A stretch of DNA of 64,000 nt from an uncultured Spirochaetota bacterium (GCA_963745235.1 CAVUXE010000010.1:1-64000), one strand, 5' to 3'; counted from the stretch's first letter, positions 12,167-23,425 are shown. The notes: a model not told the origin generated them from the sequence alone. A program made the numbers and translations.

Positions 12167-13147
12167 TCAGAACATCATCTTTCGCGCGTCGTCAAGGTTG
12201 CTCTTGGCGTACATCATGGTTCCGGAGTCGATGACCTTGGGAATGTCAGCCGCAGGTGTCTTTTTCTCGATCACTGCCACGAGGTTTTCCACGGCAATGC
12301 TGCCGATCTTCTGCGGGAACTGCGCCATTGTGCCGTAGATCTGCCCGCTGGCCAGGAGGTCCACCGCTTTGCGGGATCCGTCCACGCTGATGATCGTGAT
12401 CCCCTGCCTGTTCCCGTCAGAGAGGGCCTGGAGGATTCCGTCCAGCATGACGTCGGACGCGGTGAACAGGCCCCGCACGTCCTTGTTGGCCTGCAGCATG
12501 TTCTCAGTGACCTGCATGGCCACCGAGTTCGTCCAGTTGCCCGGCTGCTCCCCGACGATGGTCAGGTTACTTCCCTCGAGCCCCTTCTTGAAGCCGTCCA
12601 CCCGGTTGTCCCCGGCAACGCTGCCGTTGGCGCCCCGCACGACCAATACGTTGCCTTTGTTGCCAAGCGCCTGCACCATCTGCTTGCCCGCCTGCACGCC
12701 GGCGTTGAAGTTGTCCGTACCCACGAACGTGATGTACAGACCCTCATGGCCCGGTGCTACCGGAGAATCCACGGTCACCACGGGGATGCCCGCATCACGC
12801 GCCTTGCCGAGCACGGGAACCACCGCGTTGCCGTCCATCGGGTTCAGGACAATTCCCGTGACCTTCTTTGCAATCAGGTCCTCCACCTGGTTCACCTGTG
12901 TGGAGACCGCTGTCTGCTCGCCCGCGGTGACGAGCAGGAAGGTGTAGCCCAGGGATTCCACCTTCGCCTTCACCGAGTCTGCAAGGGCTTTCTGAAAGTC
13001 GTCATTCGTGATCGTCTTGAGGCTGAAGGCAATCGTTCCCTTGCTCCCAGAGCCGGCCGCTGACTCCTTTGAGCCGCCGGCAAACACTGCTCCCCCGATC
13101 AGGGCCAGCGCGAATGCGACAGCTGCTACCTTTGAGAGATTCTTCAT
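12167..13147 (-). CDS. Monosaccharide ABC transporter substrate-binding protein (RbsB-like)
   Basis: Signal peptide MKNLSKVAAVAFALALIGGAVFAGGSKES (spirochete-style FAGG.KE), GIPVVTVDS, VGTDNFNAG. AGGAGG RBS before ATG 13147. Confidence 0.92.
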   Translation of the reverse strand: MKNLSKVAAVAFALALIGGAVFAGGSKESAAGSGSKGTIAFSLKTITNDDFQKALADSVKAKVESLGYTFLLVTAGEQTAVSTQVNQVEDLIAKKVTGIVLNPMDGNAVVPVLGKARDAGIPVVTVDSPVAPGHEGLYITFVGTDNFNAGVQAGKQMVQALGNKGNVLVVRGANGSVAGDNRVDGFKKGLEGSNLTIVGEQPGNWTNSVAMQVTENMLQANKDVRGLFTASDVMLDGILQALSDGNRQGITIISVDGSRKAVDLLASGQIYGTMAQFPQKIGSIAVENLVAVIEKKTPAADIPKVIDSGTMMYAKSNLDDARKMMF

Positions 13148-13189
13148 TGAAGACCTCCTTGAAGGAATGGTTTGTAGGACATTATTAAC

Positions 13190-13213
13190 GATAACATTAT
13201 TGATAATGTTATC
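13190..13213. promoter_or_regulatory. Palindromic operator, probably for the LacI regulator at 4545-5555
   Basis: Perfect IR GATAACATTAT-TG-ATAATGTTATC in an AT-rich patch upstream of the operon. Minus-strand TTGACA at 13233-13238; the -10 element is unclear. Confidence 0.65.
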
Positions 13214-13247
13214 TATCATACCTGTCTTACGCTGTCAAGAAGAAAAA

Positions 13248-13784
13248 CTAGGGTTTGTCGCGTTTCCTTTTGTGGACGAGGGGTCCCGCCGGCGGCGGAG
13301 AGCCTTCAACGGCCGGCGATGGTGCATCGCGGGTCCACTCGAGATCACTCCCGGCAAGGTACCTGTTCAGACCCTCGATGCAGCCGATCCATCCCTTCAT
13401 GTGTCCGTCGCGAAGAGCGGGGCCGGAAATGAAATCGTGAATGACGGTAACCTCCGTGTCTCTGCCCAACGGCCGAAATGTGACAGTCACAAGCTCGCTG
13501 GCCGGTGAATCCGGACCACTTCTCCAGGTGTAGACGAGCCTCGTTGGCGGTTCGACGACCCTGAACTCTCCGAAGATCGTGACCTGCGCTCCGTCAGACA
13601 TGCCGTTCACGATCCTGTAGGTCCCTCCCACCCTGAGATCCACGGACGCATCAAGACACCGAACATCGCGCGGTCCCCACCAAATCCGCAGATGGCGAGG
13701 CTCCGTCCAGGCCTCGAAAACACGCACGACCGAGGCATGGACGACGCGCCGGACCTCCAGCCGATGCATGGCAGGATCAGTCAT
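13248..13784 (-). CDS. SRPBCC/AHSA1 domain protein
   Basis: RVFEAWTEP, WWGP, VDLRVGGTYR, PPTRLVYTW, HMKGW. ATGA overlap with the ArsR stop. Confidence 0.85.
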   Translation of the reverse strand: MTDPAMHRLEVRRVVHASVVRVFEAWTEPRHLRIWWGPRDVRCLDASVDLRVGGTYRIVNGMSDGAQVTIFGEFRVVEPPTRLVYTWRSGPDSPASELVTVTFRPLGRDTEVTVIHDFISGPALRDGHMKGWIGCIEGLNRYLAGSDLEWTRDAPSPAVEGSPPPAGPLVHKRKRDKP

Positions 13785-14132
13785 GGCCGCCTCCGCCTGA
13801 CCGGCTTGCGCTCTACGTACCGGGCCAGAGAGTCGAGAGTCTCCTCCCAGAAGAAACGGTAGCGGGTCAGATACTGCTGCGCCTCGCGCAGTGGCAGCGC
13901 AGACAAGGAGCAACGGTGTACCCGACCGTCCACCTCGCGCCTGATAAGGCCGGCGCCCTCGAGGATCCGAATGTGCTTTGACACGGCAGGAAGCGACATC
14001 CTCCACGGCGCGGCCAGCTCGGTGATCATTGCCCGGCCGTTCAGCCAGCCGCGCAAGCAACCCCCGGCGAGTCCGGTCGGAAAGCGCGGAAAATATCCTG
14101 TCCAGTTTTTCTTCCGCCCTTGACGCCGCCAT
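13781..14132 (-). CDS. ArsR/SmtB-family regulator (one frameshift at ~14033, likely a sequencing error)
   Basis: FSALSDRTRRGLL in one frame joins ITELAAPWRMSLPAVSKHIRILEGAGLI...FWEETLDSL in another; one extra base in a G run. Confidence 0.85.
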
Positions 14133-14154
14133 GATCTCGTTTCTATATTTTAAA

Positions 14155-14175
14155 AGTTAAACCTTTTGGTTAACT
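14155..14175. promoter_or_regulatory. Putative ArsR operator between divergent ArsR and SRPBCC genes
   Basis: Near-palindrome AGTTAAACC-TTTT-GGTTAACT with an AACC-N4-GGTT core at 14160-14171. Confidence 0.55.
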
Positions 14176-14216
14176 AATGCAAGCGGCTTCCCGTGCCGCA
14201 GAACCGGAGACGACAG

Positions 14217-14606
14217 ATGGCAACCCCCATTCATCAGGAAGTGCATTTCGATGCAGACCCCGCCCGTGTCTACGAAGCACTTGCGGACTCCAGGAAGCAC
14301 GCGGCGTTCACGGGTGCCCCGGCCGAGATCAGTCGCGAGGCCGGAGGACCTTTCTCGACGCACGGTGGAGTGATCAGTGGGCGGGTGATCGAGCTTACCC
14401 GTAACAGGATGATCGTGGAGGCGTGGCGCGTCAAAGGCTGGGAAGAAGGCCTGTACTCGATTGTCCGCTACCGGATTGAACCGAAAGGCTCAGGGACGCT
14501 GCTTGTTCTGGACCACGACGGATTTCCGGAGGGGGAACGGGACCATCTTGCCGCAGGGTGGAGGTCTATGTATTGGGAGCCTCTGGAAAAGTTCGTAAAA
14601 GGCTGA
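14217..14606 (+). CDS. SRPBCC/AHSA1 (Aha1-like) domain protein
   Basis: RVYEALADS, FTGAPAEI, IVEAWR, GWRSMYWEPL; GGAGA RBS before ATG 14217. Confidence 0.85.
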   Translation: MATPIHQEVHFDADPARVYEALADSRKHAAFTGAPAEISREAGGPFSTHGGVISGRVIELTRNRMIVEAWRVKGWEEGLYSIVRYRIEPKGSGTLLVLDHDGFPEGERDHLAAGWRSMYWEPLEKFVKG

Positions 14607-14710
14607 GCCCCTGGCGCGCAGGCTGGTTGCCCGGCCCGCTGGGCAGGGATGGCTCGCCACTTTCCATGAGGCCGTGGACCGATTAGAATCGCGGCGATGA
14701 GCCGCCGCGC

Positions 14711-15745
14711 ATGATTTCCAGGATTCCGGCATTCAAGATGCTCCCCTCATTCCAGGCCCGCCCCTGGGGAGGCCGGGCAATGGCCGACAGGCTGGGCAAG
14801 AAGATCCCCGATGGTTTGGTTGGCGAATCATGGGAGATCTCCGGCCATCCCAACGGCGTCTCGCGTGTATCAGGCGGACCCCTGGATGGCATGCCGCTCG
14901 ATGAGCTGACGAGGCGCGCGGGCGCAGACCTCCTGGGAGCGCGTGCTCATCGAAAATACGGGGACAATTTCCCTCTCCTCGTGAAGCTGATCGACGTGAG
15001 CTCGCTTGCCTCCGTCCAGGTCCATCCGAACGACGAGCAGGCCCAGAGGCTGGAGGGCTACCGCTGGGGCAAGACCGAGGCATGGTACGTCATCGACAGG
15101 GCGCCCGACGCGCGGTTTCACATCGGGCTCGTCCCCGACACGACCGCTGAAAGCTTTCGCGAGGCACTGGAGGCGGGAAACGCCAGGTCCCTCCTGGCTT
15201 CCTCCGAGGTGAAGCCGGGAGACTGCATCCTGATTCCCGCGGGGACGGTCCACACCGCTGGCCAGGGAGTTCTGCTCCTGGAAATCCAGCAGAGCTCGGA
15301 CATCACTTACAGGGTGTACGACTGGGACCGCAGGGACGAGCAGGGGAAAGCCAGGGATCTGCACATCGAAAAAGCAATGCAGGTGATAGACTTCGCTGCC
15401 CAGCCACGGATTTTCCGCGCTGACCAGCGGGTGGACACCCTGGGCCGCATCCTGGCTGGCGGCATGTTCGAGATCTTCGAGGCCCGGGCAGCTACGGGCA
15501 TCGACCTGCCGGCGCGCCCAGCCTGCCTGGCCGGCACTGTGGTTGACGGGGACATGAGGCTCCTGGCAGGAGATGCGAGGCTGGAGCTTCGCTGCGGAGA
15601 CAGCTTCGTGATTCCCGCCGCAACCCGAGGCAGGCTGGAGCGGGCCTCCCGCCTGACCCGCGCTTTCGGACCGGGCCGCATGTCACGCGGAGACGGATCG
15701 CGGAAAAGCCCGCCTGCCATCGCCATCGTCACCTATATTATCTGA
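14711..15745 (+). CDS. manA: Mannose-6-phosphate isomerase, class I
   Basis: WGG, GESWEIS, FPLLVKLID, SVQVHP, GKTEAWY, PAGTVH, EIQQSSDITYRVYDW. Confidence 0.9.
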   Translation: MISRIPAFKMLPSFQARPWGGRAMADRLGKKIPDGLVGESWEISGHPNGVSRVSGGPLDGMPLDELTRRAGADLLGARAHRKYGDNFPLLVKLIDVSSLASVQVHPNDEQAQRLEGYRWGKTEAWYVIDRAPDARFHIGLVPDTTAESFREALEAGNARSLLASSEVKPGDCILIPAGTVHTAGQGVLLLEIQQSSDITYRVYDWDRRDEQGKARDLHIEKAMQVIDFAAQPRIFRADQRVDTLGRILAGGMFEIFEARAATGIDLPARPACLAGTVVDGDMRLLAGDARLELRCGDSFVIPAATRGRLERASRLTRAFGPGRMSRGDGSRKSPPAIAIVTYII

Positions 15746-15781
15746 GCTGCTGAGCGTTTCTTCCTCGATTCGGAAGCCTCC

Positions 15782-17911
15782 TCAGATCGACTCTACGCGA
15801 ACCTCGTTTGCGGAAATGCTGCCCCGTGTGCACACCAGAGCTATGCCCCCGCCCAGGAGGGGCTCATCCGTATCGAGCAGATCAAAAATCGCCCTTCCAT
15901 TCAGGGCTGCCGTGATCCTGTTGTCGCGCGCCGCCAGGGAAAAGGCGCATGTCGACCCTTCATCCCGTTTGAAATCCGCGCTGGCAAGCACCCTGGTTCC
16001 CCGAAGTTCCTTGCGCAGCTCTGCCCTGCCGCTGTCCGTCACCACGAGGGCATAGTAGCGTTGCAGCCCCTGCACACGGACCGCAAGGCCGAAGTCCGTT
16101 GCCATGTCGGAGGCGATGGAGGAGGAAGCGCGGTAATCCGTCCAGTCAGCGCAACCGGTGATATGCATGCCGGTGCCGCGGTCCTGGGAGAGCCGGAAGG
16201 CCTCAGGCCAGAATGTGCCGTGATGATCGAAGGCATTCACCCAGGTCCGTCTCCAGACCTCGCCCCCTCCGGGAGAACGTTTGAATGTCACCGTCGGGGT
16301 GCCGGTCCACGTGAGGAAATCCAGGTAGAAGACCCCGGCAGTGTCGGCCGCCTCCGCTTCTGCCGGAGCGCCGGTCCCGGCAGCCAGCTCACAGCCGGCA
16401 GCGAAAACAGGGCACCCGCCGGTATCAGGTACGGTCCAGCGGATGAGCGTCGGATGGCCAGGCGCCACTACCTGGACAGGTGAGCCAAGAGTCTGTTGTT
16501 CGTCAGCCGCTCCGTAGAGCTTCACGAACGCGCGCACGGAGACGGGTGCGGAATTGCCCTTGTCCGCCTCGACTCTCATGGACAGGACCTGGCCCGGAAA
16601 GAGCGTCGGCGAGGCAAGGAGGTCGTAGCTCTTCATCACAAAGGCATCCGGCGGTATGAATGTCGGCGTCCCGACTCGAAGCGGCTTGCCGGGGACGAGG
16701 CTGTCGAAACGGACCGCCAGGCTGCGCTTCCCGGTCTCACTGTGTCCTGTGACGTTTTCAAGCCGCGCGCGGCCGCCCCAGGACGCATCTACGGAAAATC
16801 CCTGCATGGAGCCGGGAAGCTCGAAGTGGAATCGCGCGCCTGTCTTGGGGGCCGGGGCGGGTTTCTCTCCTGCCAGGGATCTCCCGATGGCCGCAATGCG
16901 ACTTGCTTCTGAGACGGCATCCGTGATTCCCCTGCCCGCGTCAGCCGTCGGCATGTACATCCGGTCTGCCACGGGTCCCCGCCAGTCAGGCTGGCCGTTG
17001 AAAATGGAAAGACCCTCCTTGATCCCCAGGAGGCACCCGACATTTCCAGAATTGCAGTCCGTGTCCCAGCCCGACGTGTTGGCGATCATGAGGGACTTCT
17101 GGAAGTCTCCCTGGCCCTGGATGAGGGCCATGAGGACCACGGCGAAGTTGGAAACCACGGGCACGTGGCCCCCGTACCGCCCATAGCCGTGCTTCTCTTC
17201 AATCAGCGACCTGGTCCTGCGCCAGTCCCCCTGGTCGCACCAGCCGCGGACCTCTTCGATCACGCCCCTGATGACGGAGCCTGACGGGATGAACTGAACC
17301 GCGGAGTCGATCAGCCTGCCCATGTCCCGCTCGAAGAATGCCGCGGCTTCCATGGCGGCAATGACCTGGGCGGCGTACACCGCCTCGCCGTCGTGGCTGA
17401 CCCGGGCAGCTTCGCCGGCCAGACGGACTGCGAGCTCGGGATCCCCGGGGGCAACGAGCGCCCACCCGTCAGTGAAGATCTCCGCCCCGATCTGCTCCGA
17501 GACAATCCTGCCGTTCAGTCCGCGTGATCCGCTGCGGGGGGCGGTGATGCCGTCCCTCAGTCGGAGGTACGCGGTATGCTCCGTGGATTCGCCCATGCCG
17601 CCCCACCAGAGGACGGTCCTGTTTTCAATGATGTAGTTGAGCCAGGCCTGGCCGATCTCCAAGGAGGAAAGATCGCGCCGGTTTGCGTTGTCGGGGAGCG
17701 CTCGAAGAAACGTGAAGGTGCCGGTGATGTCGTCATCCGTGACGACAAGGGGCTGGCCGAGCCGGTCGTTCACGTACCAGGTAATGTCTCCCAGCTCCCG
17801 GATGATCCGTTCATGGCTCCACCCCTCGAAAGGCCTGCCGAGGTAGACACCGATGATCTTTCCCAGCACGGCGGCGTAGACTCGCTCCGGATAGTCGGTC
17901 GGAAGTTTCAT
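15782..17911 (-). CDS. ADP-ribosylglycohydrolase-family protein with C-terminal beta-sandwich domains
   Basis: YLGRPFEGW, VTDDD, GWDTDCNSGN Mg-binding motifs. GGAGG RBS before ATG 17911, so the track's extension to 18064 is not used. Confidence 0.85.
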   Translation of the reverse strand: MKLPTDYPERVYAAVLGKIIGVYLGRPFEGWSHERIIRELGDITWYVNDRLGQPLVVTDDDITGTFTFLRALPDNANRRDLSSLEIGQAWLNYIIENRTVLWWGGMGESTEHTAYLRLRDGITAPRSGSRGLNGRIVSEQIGAEIFTDGWALVAPGDPELAVRLAGEAARVSHDGEAVYAAQVIAAMEAAAFFERDMGRLIDSAVQFIPSGSVIRGVIEEVRGWCDQGDWRRTRSLIEEKHGYGRYGGHVPVVSNFAVVLMALIQGQGDFQKSLMIANTSGWDTDCNSGNVGCLLGIKEGLSIFNGQPDWRGPVADRMYMPTADAGRGITDAVSEASRIAAIGRSLAGEKPAPAPKTGARFHFELPGSMQGFSVDASWGGRARLENVTGHSETGKRSLAVRFDSLVPGKPLRVGTPTFIPPDAFVMKSYDLLASPTLFPGQVLSMRVEADKGNSAPVSVRAFVKLYGAADEQQTLGSPVQVVAPGHPTLIRWTVPDTGGCPVFAAGCELAAGTGAPAEAEAADTAGVFYLDFLTWTGTPTVTFKRSPGGGEVWRRTWVNAFDHHGTFWPEAFRLSQDRGTGMHITGCADWTDYRASSSIASDMATDFGLAVRVQGLQRYYALVVTDSGRAELRKELRGTRVLASADFKRDEGSTCAFSLAARDNRITAALNGRAIFDLLDTDEPLLGGGIALVCTRGSISANEVRVESI

Positions 17912-17987
17912 GCTTGCCTCCACGCTCTTGACGCGGACGCGACTGTAGCACGACCGCGTCATGCGCGAAAAGTCACGGCGATTTGTC

Positions 17988-18053
17988 ACGATCGTTTCCA
18001 CTGTTGTCATCTTCCTCATTTTCCAGAGATACTTGGTCGAAGGCATCAAGATA
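17988..18053 (+). pseudogene. 3'-terminal remnant of a MalG-type carbohydrate ABC permease
   Basis: Translates TIVSTVVIFLIFQRYLVEGIKI, matching the permease C-terminal signature (FQryfveGi). No upstream gene body; directly abuts the AGGAGG of the next gene. Confidence 0.6.
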
Positions 18054-18063
18054 AGGAGGGGCA

Positions 18064-19152
18064 ATGCGCATAGCGGGAAGGGAATACACTCGCAAAGAGG
18101 CGGAGCGGCGTATCGGCAACCTGCGCCAGCTCGGAGGCATCCGCCACTGCGAGCTTTTCGACGGCCGGGCTCGCGGGGTTCGGGCCATGGAGGTCACCAC
18201 GGGGAGCGGGCTGGCGTTCACCGTTCTTCCCGACAGGGGGCTGGACATTGCGGACTTCTCCTACAAAGGCGTCAACCTCGTCTATCACGCCACGGGCGGA
18301 ATCGCCCACCCCTCCTACCATGATCCGTCACAGTCCGAGTGGCTGAGGGTATTCTTCGGCGGGCTTCTCACCACGTGCGGCCTCACATACTTCGGACAGC
18401 CCGGCCGTGACGGGGATGAAGACCTTGGCTTGCACGGAAGGTATTCCGCCCTTCCGGCAACAAAGGTGAACGATCTGTCCCGGTGGGAAGGGGACGAGCA
18501 CCGGCTGGAGATCACCGGCACGGTGGAGGAATCCGTCCTGTACGGCGACAAGATGAGGCTGAGCCGGCGGATCTCGACGGCAATCGGCTCAAAGGGGCTG
18601 CGAATCACGGATCGCGTGGAGAACTTCGGGGCAAGGACCTCGCCGTTGACCATTCTCTACCATATCAACGCCGGGTTCCCGCTCCTCGACGAAACGAGCG
18701 AGCTGGTTGCCGCAGCCCGCGGGGTCGAGCCATATGATGAAAGGGCCAAGCGCCAGGAGGCGGAGGCGAGCCGGTTTGCTCCCCCGAAGGCGGAGTACGA
18801 CTCGCTCAACTACCTCTACACCATGGCCGCTGACGAGCACGGCTATACCCGGGCGGCCTTCATCAACAGGGGCCTTGCGGGAGGCCTGGGTCTGGGGTTG
18901 CGTTACACCGCGGCGACCATCCCCTACCTCAGCGAGTGGAAGATGCTGGCCGACGTGGACTACGTTGTCGGGATCGAGCCGGTGAACACGAAGATCGCGA
19001 ACCGCGCGGAGCTGCGCGCAGCCGGGCGCCTGCCCACCCTGGGCCCGGGGGAAACGCGGGAAATGGACCTGGAGATCAGCGTCCTGGAAGGCAGCGCGGA
19101 GATAGACGCATTCTGCGCTGAGGTGAAGAGAATCCAGGGGAGGAAGGCATGA
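18064..19152 (+). CDS. Aldose 1-epimerase-like protein (DUF4432 family)
   Basis: VLPDRGLDI, GGLLTTCGL, LHGRYS, LYHINAGFPL, VGIEP. Confidence 0.85.
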   Translation: MRIAGREYTRKEAERRIGNLRQLGGIRHCELFDGRARGVRAMEVTTGSGLAFTVLPDRGLDIADFSYKGVNLVYHATGGIAHPSYHDPSQSEWLRVFFGGLLTTCGLTYFGQPGRDGDEDLGLHGRYSALPATKVNDLSRWEGDEHRLEITGTVEESVLYGDKMRLSRRISTAIGSKGLRITDRVENFGARTSPLTILYHINAGFPLLDETSELVAAARGVEPYDERAKRQEAEASRFAPPKAEYDSLNYLYTMAADEHGYTRAAFINRGLAGGLGLGLRYTAATIPYLSEWKMLADVDYVVGIEPVNTKIANRAELRAAGRLPTLGPGETREMDLEISVLEGSAEIDAFCAEVKRIQGRKA

Positions 19153-20531
19153 TTTCCCCGACAGCCGGGTTCATCATCTATGGCGTCCACAAAGACGGGC
19201 TGACGGATCCTTCCGGCGCGCCCTTCATCGACCAGCAGATCGTATCGAGGTCTCGTGACGCCCTGAAGGCGCGTGGGATACGGCTTCGGGAGCACCCCGT
19301 GGTGGTGGCAAGCAAGCCGGAGGCGCGGGCCGCGCTGGATGCGATGAAGAAGGACGACTCTGTTGACTGCGTGATCCTTTTCTCCGGCACCTGGGTCTGG
19401 GCGGCTCACATGGTCGCGGCAATCCGGGATTTCGCCATGAGCGGAAAGTCCGTCCTGATCTGGACACACCCGGGATCCCAGGGCTGGAGGGCCGTGGGAG
19501 GGCTGGTCCTCCACGGCGCGCTCATGGAGGTCGGCATCGCCCACAGGTTCGTCTACGGCCCGGCGGACGACCCCACGGAGCTGGACCGCATCCAGAGCTG
19601 GTGCAAGGCCGCCCACCTGAAACGCCTGCTGAACATGGCCACCATCGGCGCCTTCGGCGGCCGAGGCATGGGCCAGACCTGCGGCGTCGCTGATCCGTCG
19701 CAATGGATGAGGGTCTTCGGAGTCGACATCGATTCCCGTGACACGACCGAGCTCATCCGAACCGCCCAGGAGGTGAGCGCTGATGAGCTGCGGGCGCTGG
19801 AGCCCCGGCTTGTGAAGCTCTTCGGGAAGGCGCCGCAGAAGAGCCTCGTGAACGAAAAATCGATGCGGCTGTACCTGGCCATCAGGAAGATCGTGCAAAG
19901 GGAAGGTTTTGACTTCTACAGCATCCAGTCTTTCCCCGGCCTGGCCGACGACTACGCCGCCACCTGTTTCGCGCAGAGCATGATGCTGGAGGACGGCTGG
20001 GGAACGAGCACCCTGGGGGACTTCAACACGGCGCTGTCAGTGTTCCTCCTCGCGAAGCTCAGCCGGGACCCCGTGTACTATGGGGATCTCCAGCACATCG
20101 ACAAAAAGACGAAGGAGATCAAGATCATTGGCGATGGGGCCGTGCCGCCGTCCCTCGCCGGCACGCTGGGTCCCGCAGGGTTTGCCGAGCATGGCATCCC
20201 CACCGAAGGCGAGGCGGGGGGCCTCTCGGTGCGTCTCATCTGCAAGGTCGGGGAAGGTGCGCTGACGCGCCTGGGTCGGGTGAACGGAGAGCTTCAGATG
20301 GTGATTGTGCCCTGCTCCATCTTCGAGCCCCCGGCAGACAAAGTCCAGTCGCGCCTTGCCGAATGCGGTATCCCCTTCTGGCCGCACGGATTCGTCACTG
20401 CGCGCGCGGACATGGACGCGCTCCTGGAGAGCTGGACGAACGAGTACGCCTGCCTTGGTTACGGCGCGGACCTCGCCCCGGCCCTTGCGGACTTCTGTGA
20501 GCTGACGGGCGTGAAAGCAATCCGGCCATAG
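19149..20531 (+). CDS. L-fucose/L-arabinose isomerase-like protein (divergent)
   Basis: Overall architecture (IGAFGGR, RLYLAIRKIV, KVGEGALTRL, PFWPHGFV); ATGA overlap with DUF4432. Confidence 0.65.
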   Translation: MISPTAGFIIYGVHKDGLTDPSGAPFIDQQIVSRSRDALKARGIRLREHPVVVASKPEARAALDAMKKDDSVDCVILFSGTWVWAAHMVAAIRDFAMSGKSVLIWTHPGSQGWRAVGGLVLHGALMEVGIAHRFVYGPADDPTELDRIQSWCKAAHLKRLLNMATIGAFGGRGMGQTCGVADPSQWMRVFGVDIDSRDTTELIRTAQEVSADELRALEPRLVKLFGKAPQKSLVNEKSMRLYLAIRKIVQREGFDFYSIQSFPGLADDYAATCFAQSMMLEDGWGTSTLGDFNTALSVFLLAKLSRDPVYYGDLQHIDKKTKEIKIIGDGAVPPSLAGTLGPAGFAEHGIPTEGEAGGLSVRLICKVGEGALTRLGRVNGELQMVIVPCSIFEPPADKVQSRLAECGIPFWPHGFVTARADMDALLESWTNEYACLGYGADLAPALADFCELTGVKAIRP

Positions 20532-20566
20532 GGAGCCTGTGAGAGCCGGCGGGCACCGGCGCTGAG

Positions 20567-22534
<1,968 letters not shown>

Positions 22535-22584
22535 ACCGTCACCCCCCTGTGTGAGACTTGCCTGCGCGCCCGCGGCTTACGCGG

Positions 22585-23340
22585 CTATTGCATGAACTTT
22601 GCGGGATCCACTACGTACCACACCTTGCCGACGCCCTGGCCGGTCATCTGGCCGCGCTTGCGGTCCTTGATGAAGTAGTACAAGGGGTAGCCCTTGAACG
22701 TGACCTGCATGGTGCCGTCGTCACGCGTGATTGTCCCGAAGTCCGACGCATTCATCGCGGAAGGAACCACGAAGGAATCCGCGGTAAAGGCCGGCCAGTT
22801 CTTGATGCAGCCCCCTGAGCAGGCGCTCATGCCGCTGGAGTCCTTCGTGAAGTAGTAGAGGGTCTTTCCGTCAGCGTCAGTGAGATAGTTCCCCACGGGC
22901 TTCTGGGTCCCTATCATGACCGTATACGGCGGCACCTTCTCGATGAACCAGACCCCCCCGACTCCCTCGCCGCTCATATCTCCGGGGTTCTTGTCCTGGG
23001 ACCAGTAGTACAGCGGCCACCCCTTGTATGTGGTTTCTTTGGAGCCGTCTTTGCGGGTGATCGTACCGAAGTCAGCGGCGTTCAAATCCGAAGAGACCAT
23101 GACGTCCTTCGCATAGAAGACGGGCCAATGCTGCTCACACGGGCCATAGCAGCCGCTTTGGCCGTCCGTGTCCACAGTGAAATAGTACAGGGTCATGCCT
23201 TTGGAATCGGCCAGGTACTTCGTTCCGTCGCTTGCAGTCTGGACCTGAATGGACATGTCCTGCGCCGTTACGAAGACCGCCGCTCCAAGAACAAAAAAAA
23301 TGACAACGAGACCTCGAACGATGTGTTTCATCCCTCGCAC
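22585..23340 (-). CDS. Secreted protein with duplicated Yx(F/W)xxD repeat domains (COG4315/Lipoprotein_15-like)
   Basis: Signal peptide. Two homologous halves, each TLYYFTxD...CxGxC..WP...DFGTITRxDG...KGxPLYY...GxGVGxVW. Confidence 0.85.
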   Translation of the reverse strand: MRGMKHIVRGLVVIFFVLGAAVFVTAQDMSIQVQTASDGTKYLADSKGMTLYYFTVDTDGQSGCYGPCEQHWPVFYAKDVMVSSDLNAADFGTITRKDGSKETTYKGWPLYYWSQDKNPGDMSGEGVGGVWFIEKVPPYTVMIGTQKPVGNYLTDADGKTLYYFTKDSSGMSACSGGCIKNWPAFTADSFVVPSAMNASDFGTITRDDGTMQVTFKGYPLYYFIKDRKRGQMTGQGVGKVWYVVDPAKFMQ

Positions 23341-23425
23341 CTCTCTTTGTTACGCGCCTTCATGGCGACGTAATGCCTAGCAGGCGAAATTTAATTCCAG
23401 CGCGGGCTATAGTCTATCAAAACAG

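Noticed and set aside
13248-14132. Apparent 294-aa ArsR-SRPBCC fusion
   Set aside because: Produced by the frameshift at ~14033. The real ArsR C-terminus is in another frame and stops at an ATGA overlap with SRPBCC.
15782-17911. ARH protein as DraG or as a toxin-antitoxin/defence component
   Set aside because: No DraT, nif or ADP-ribosyltransferase gene nearby; it is over twice the size of DraG and surrounded by sugar genes.
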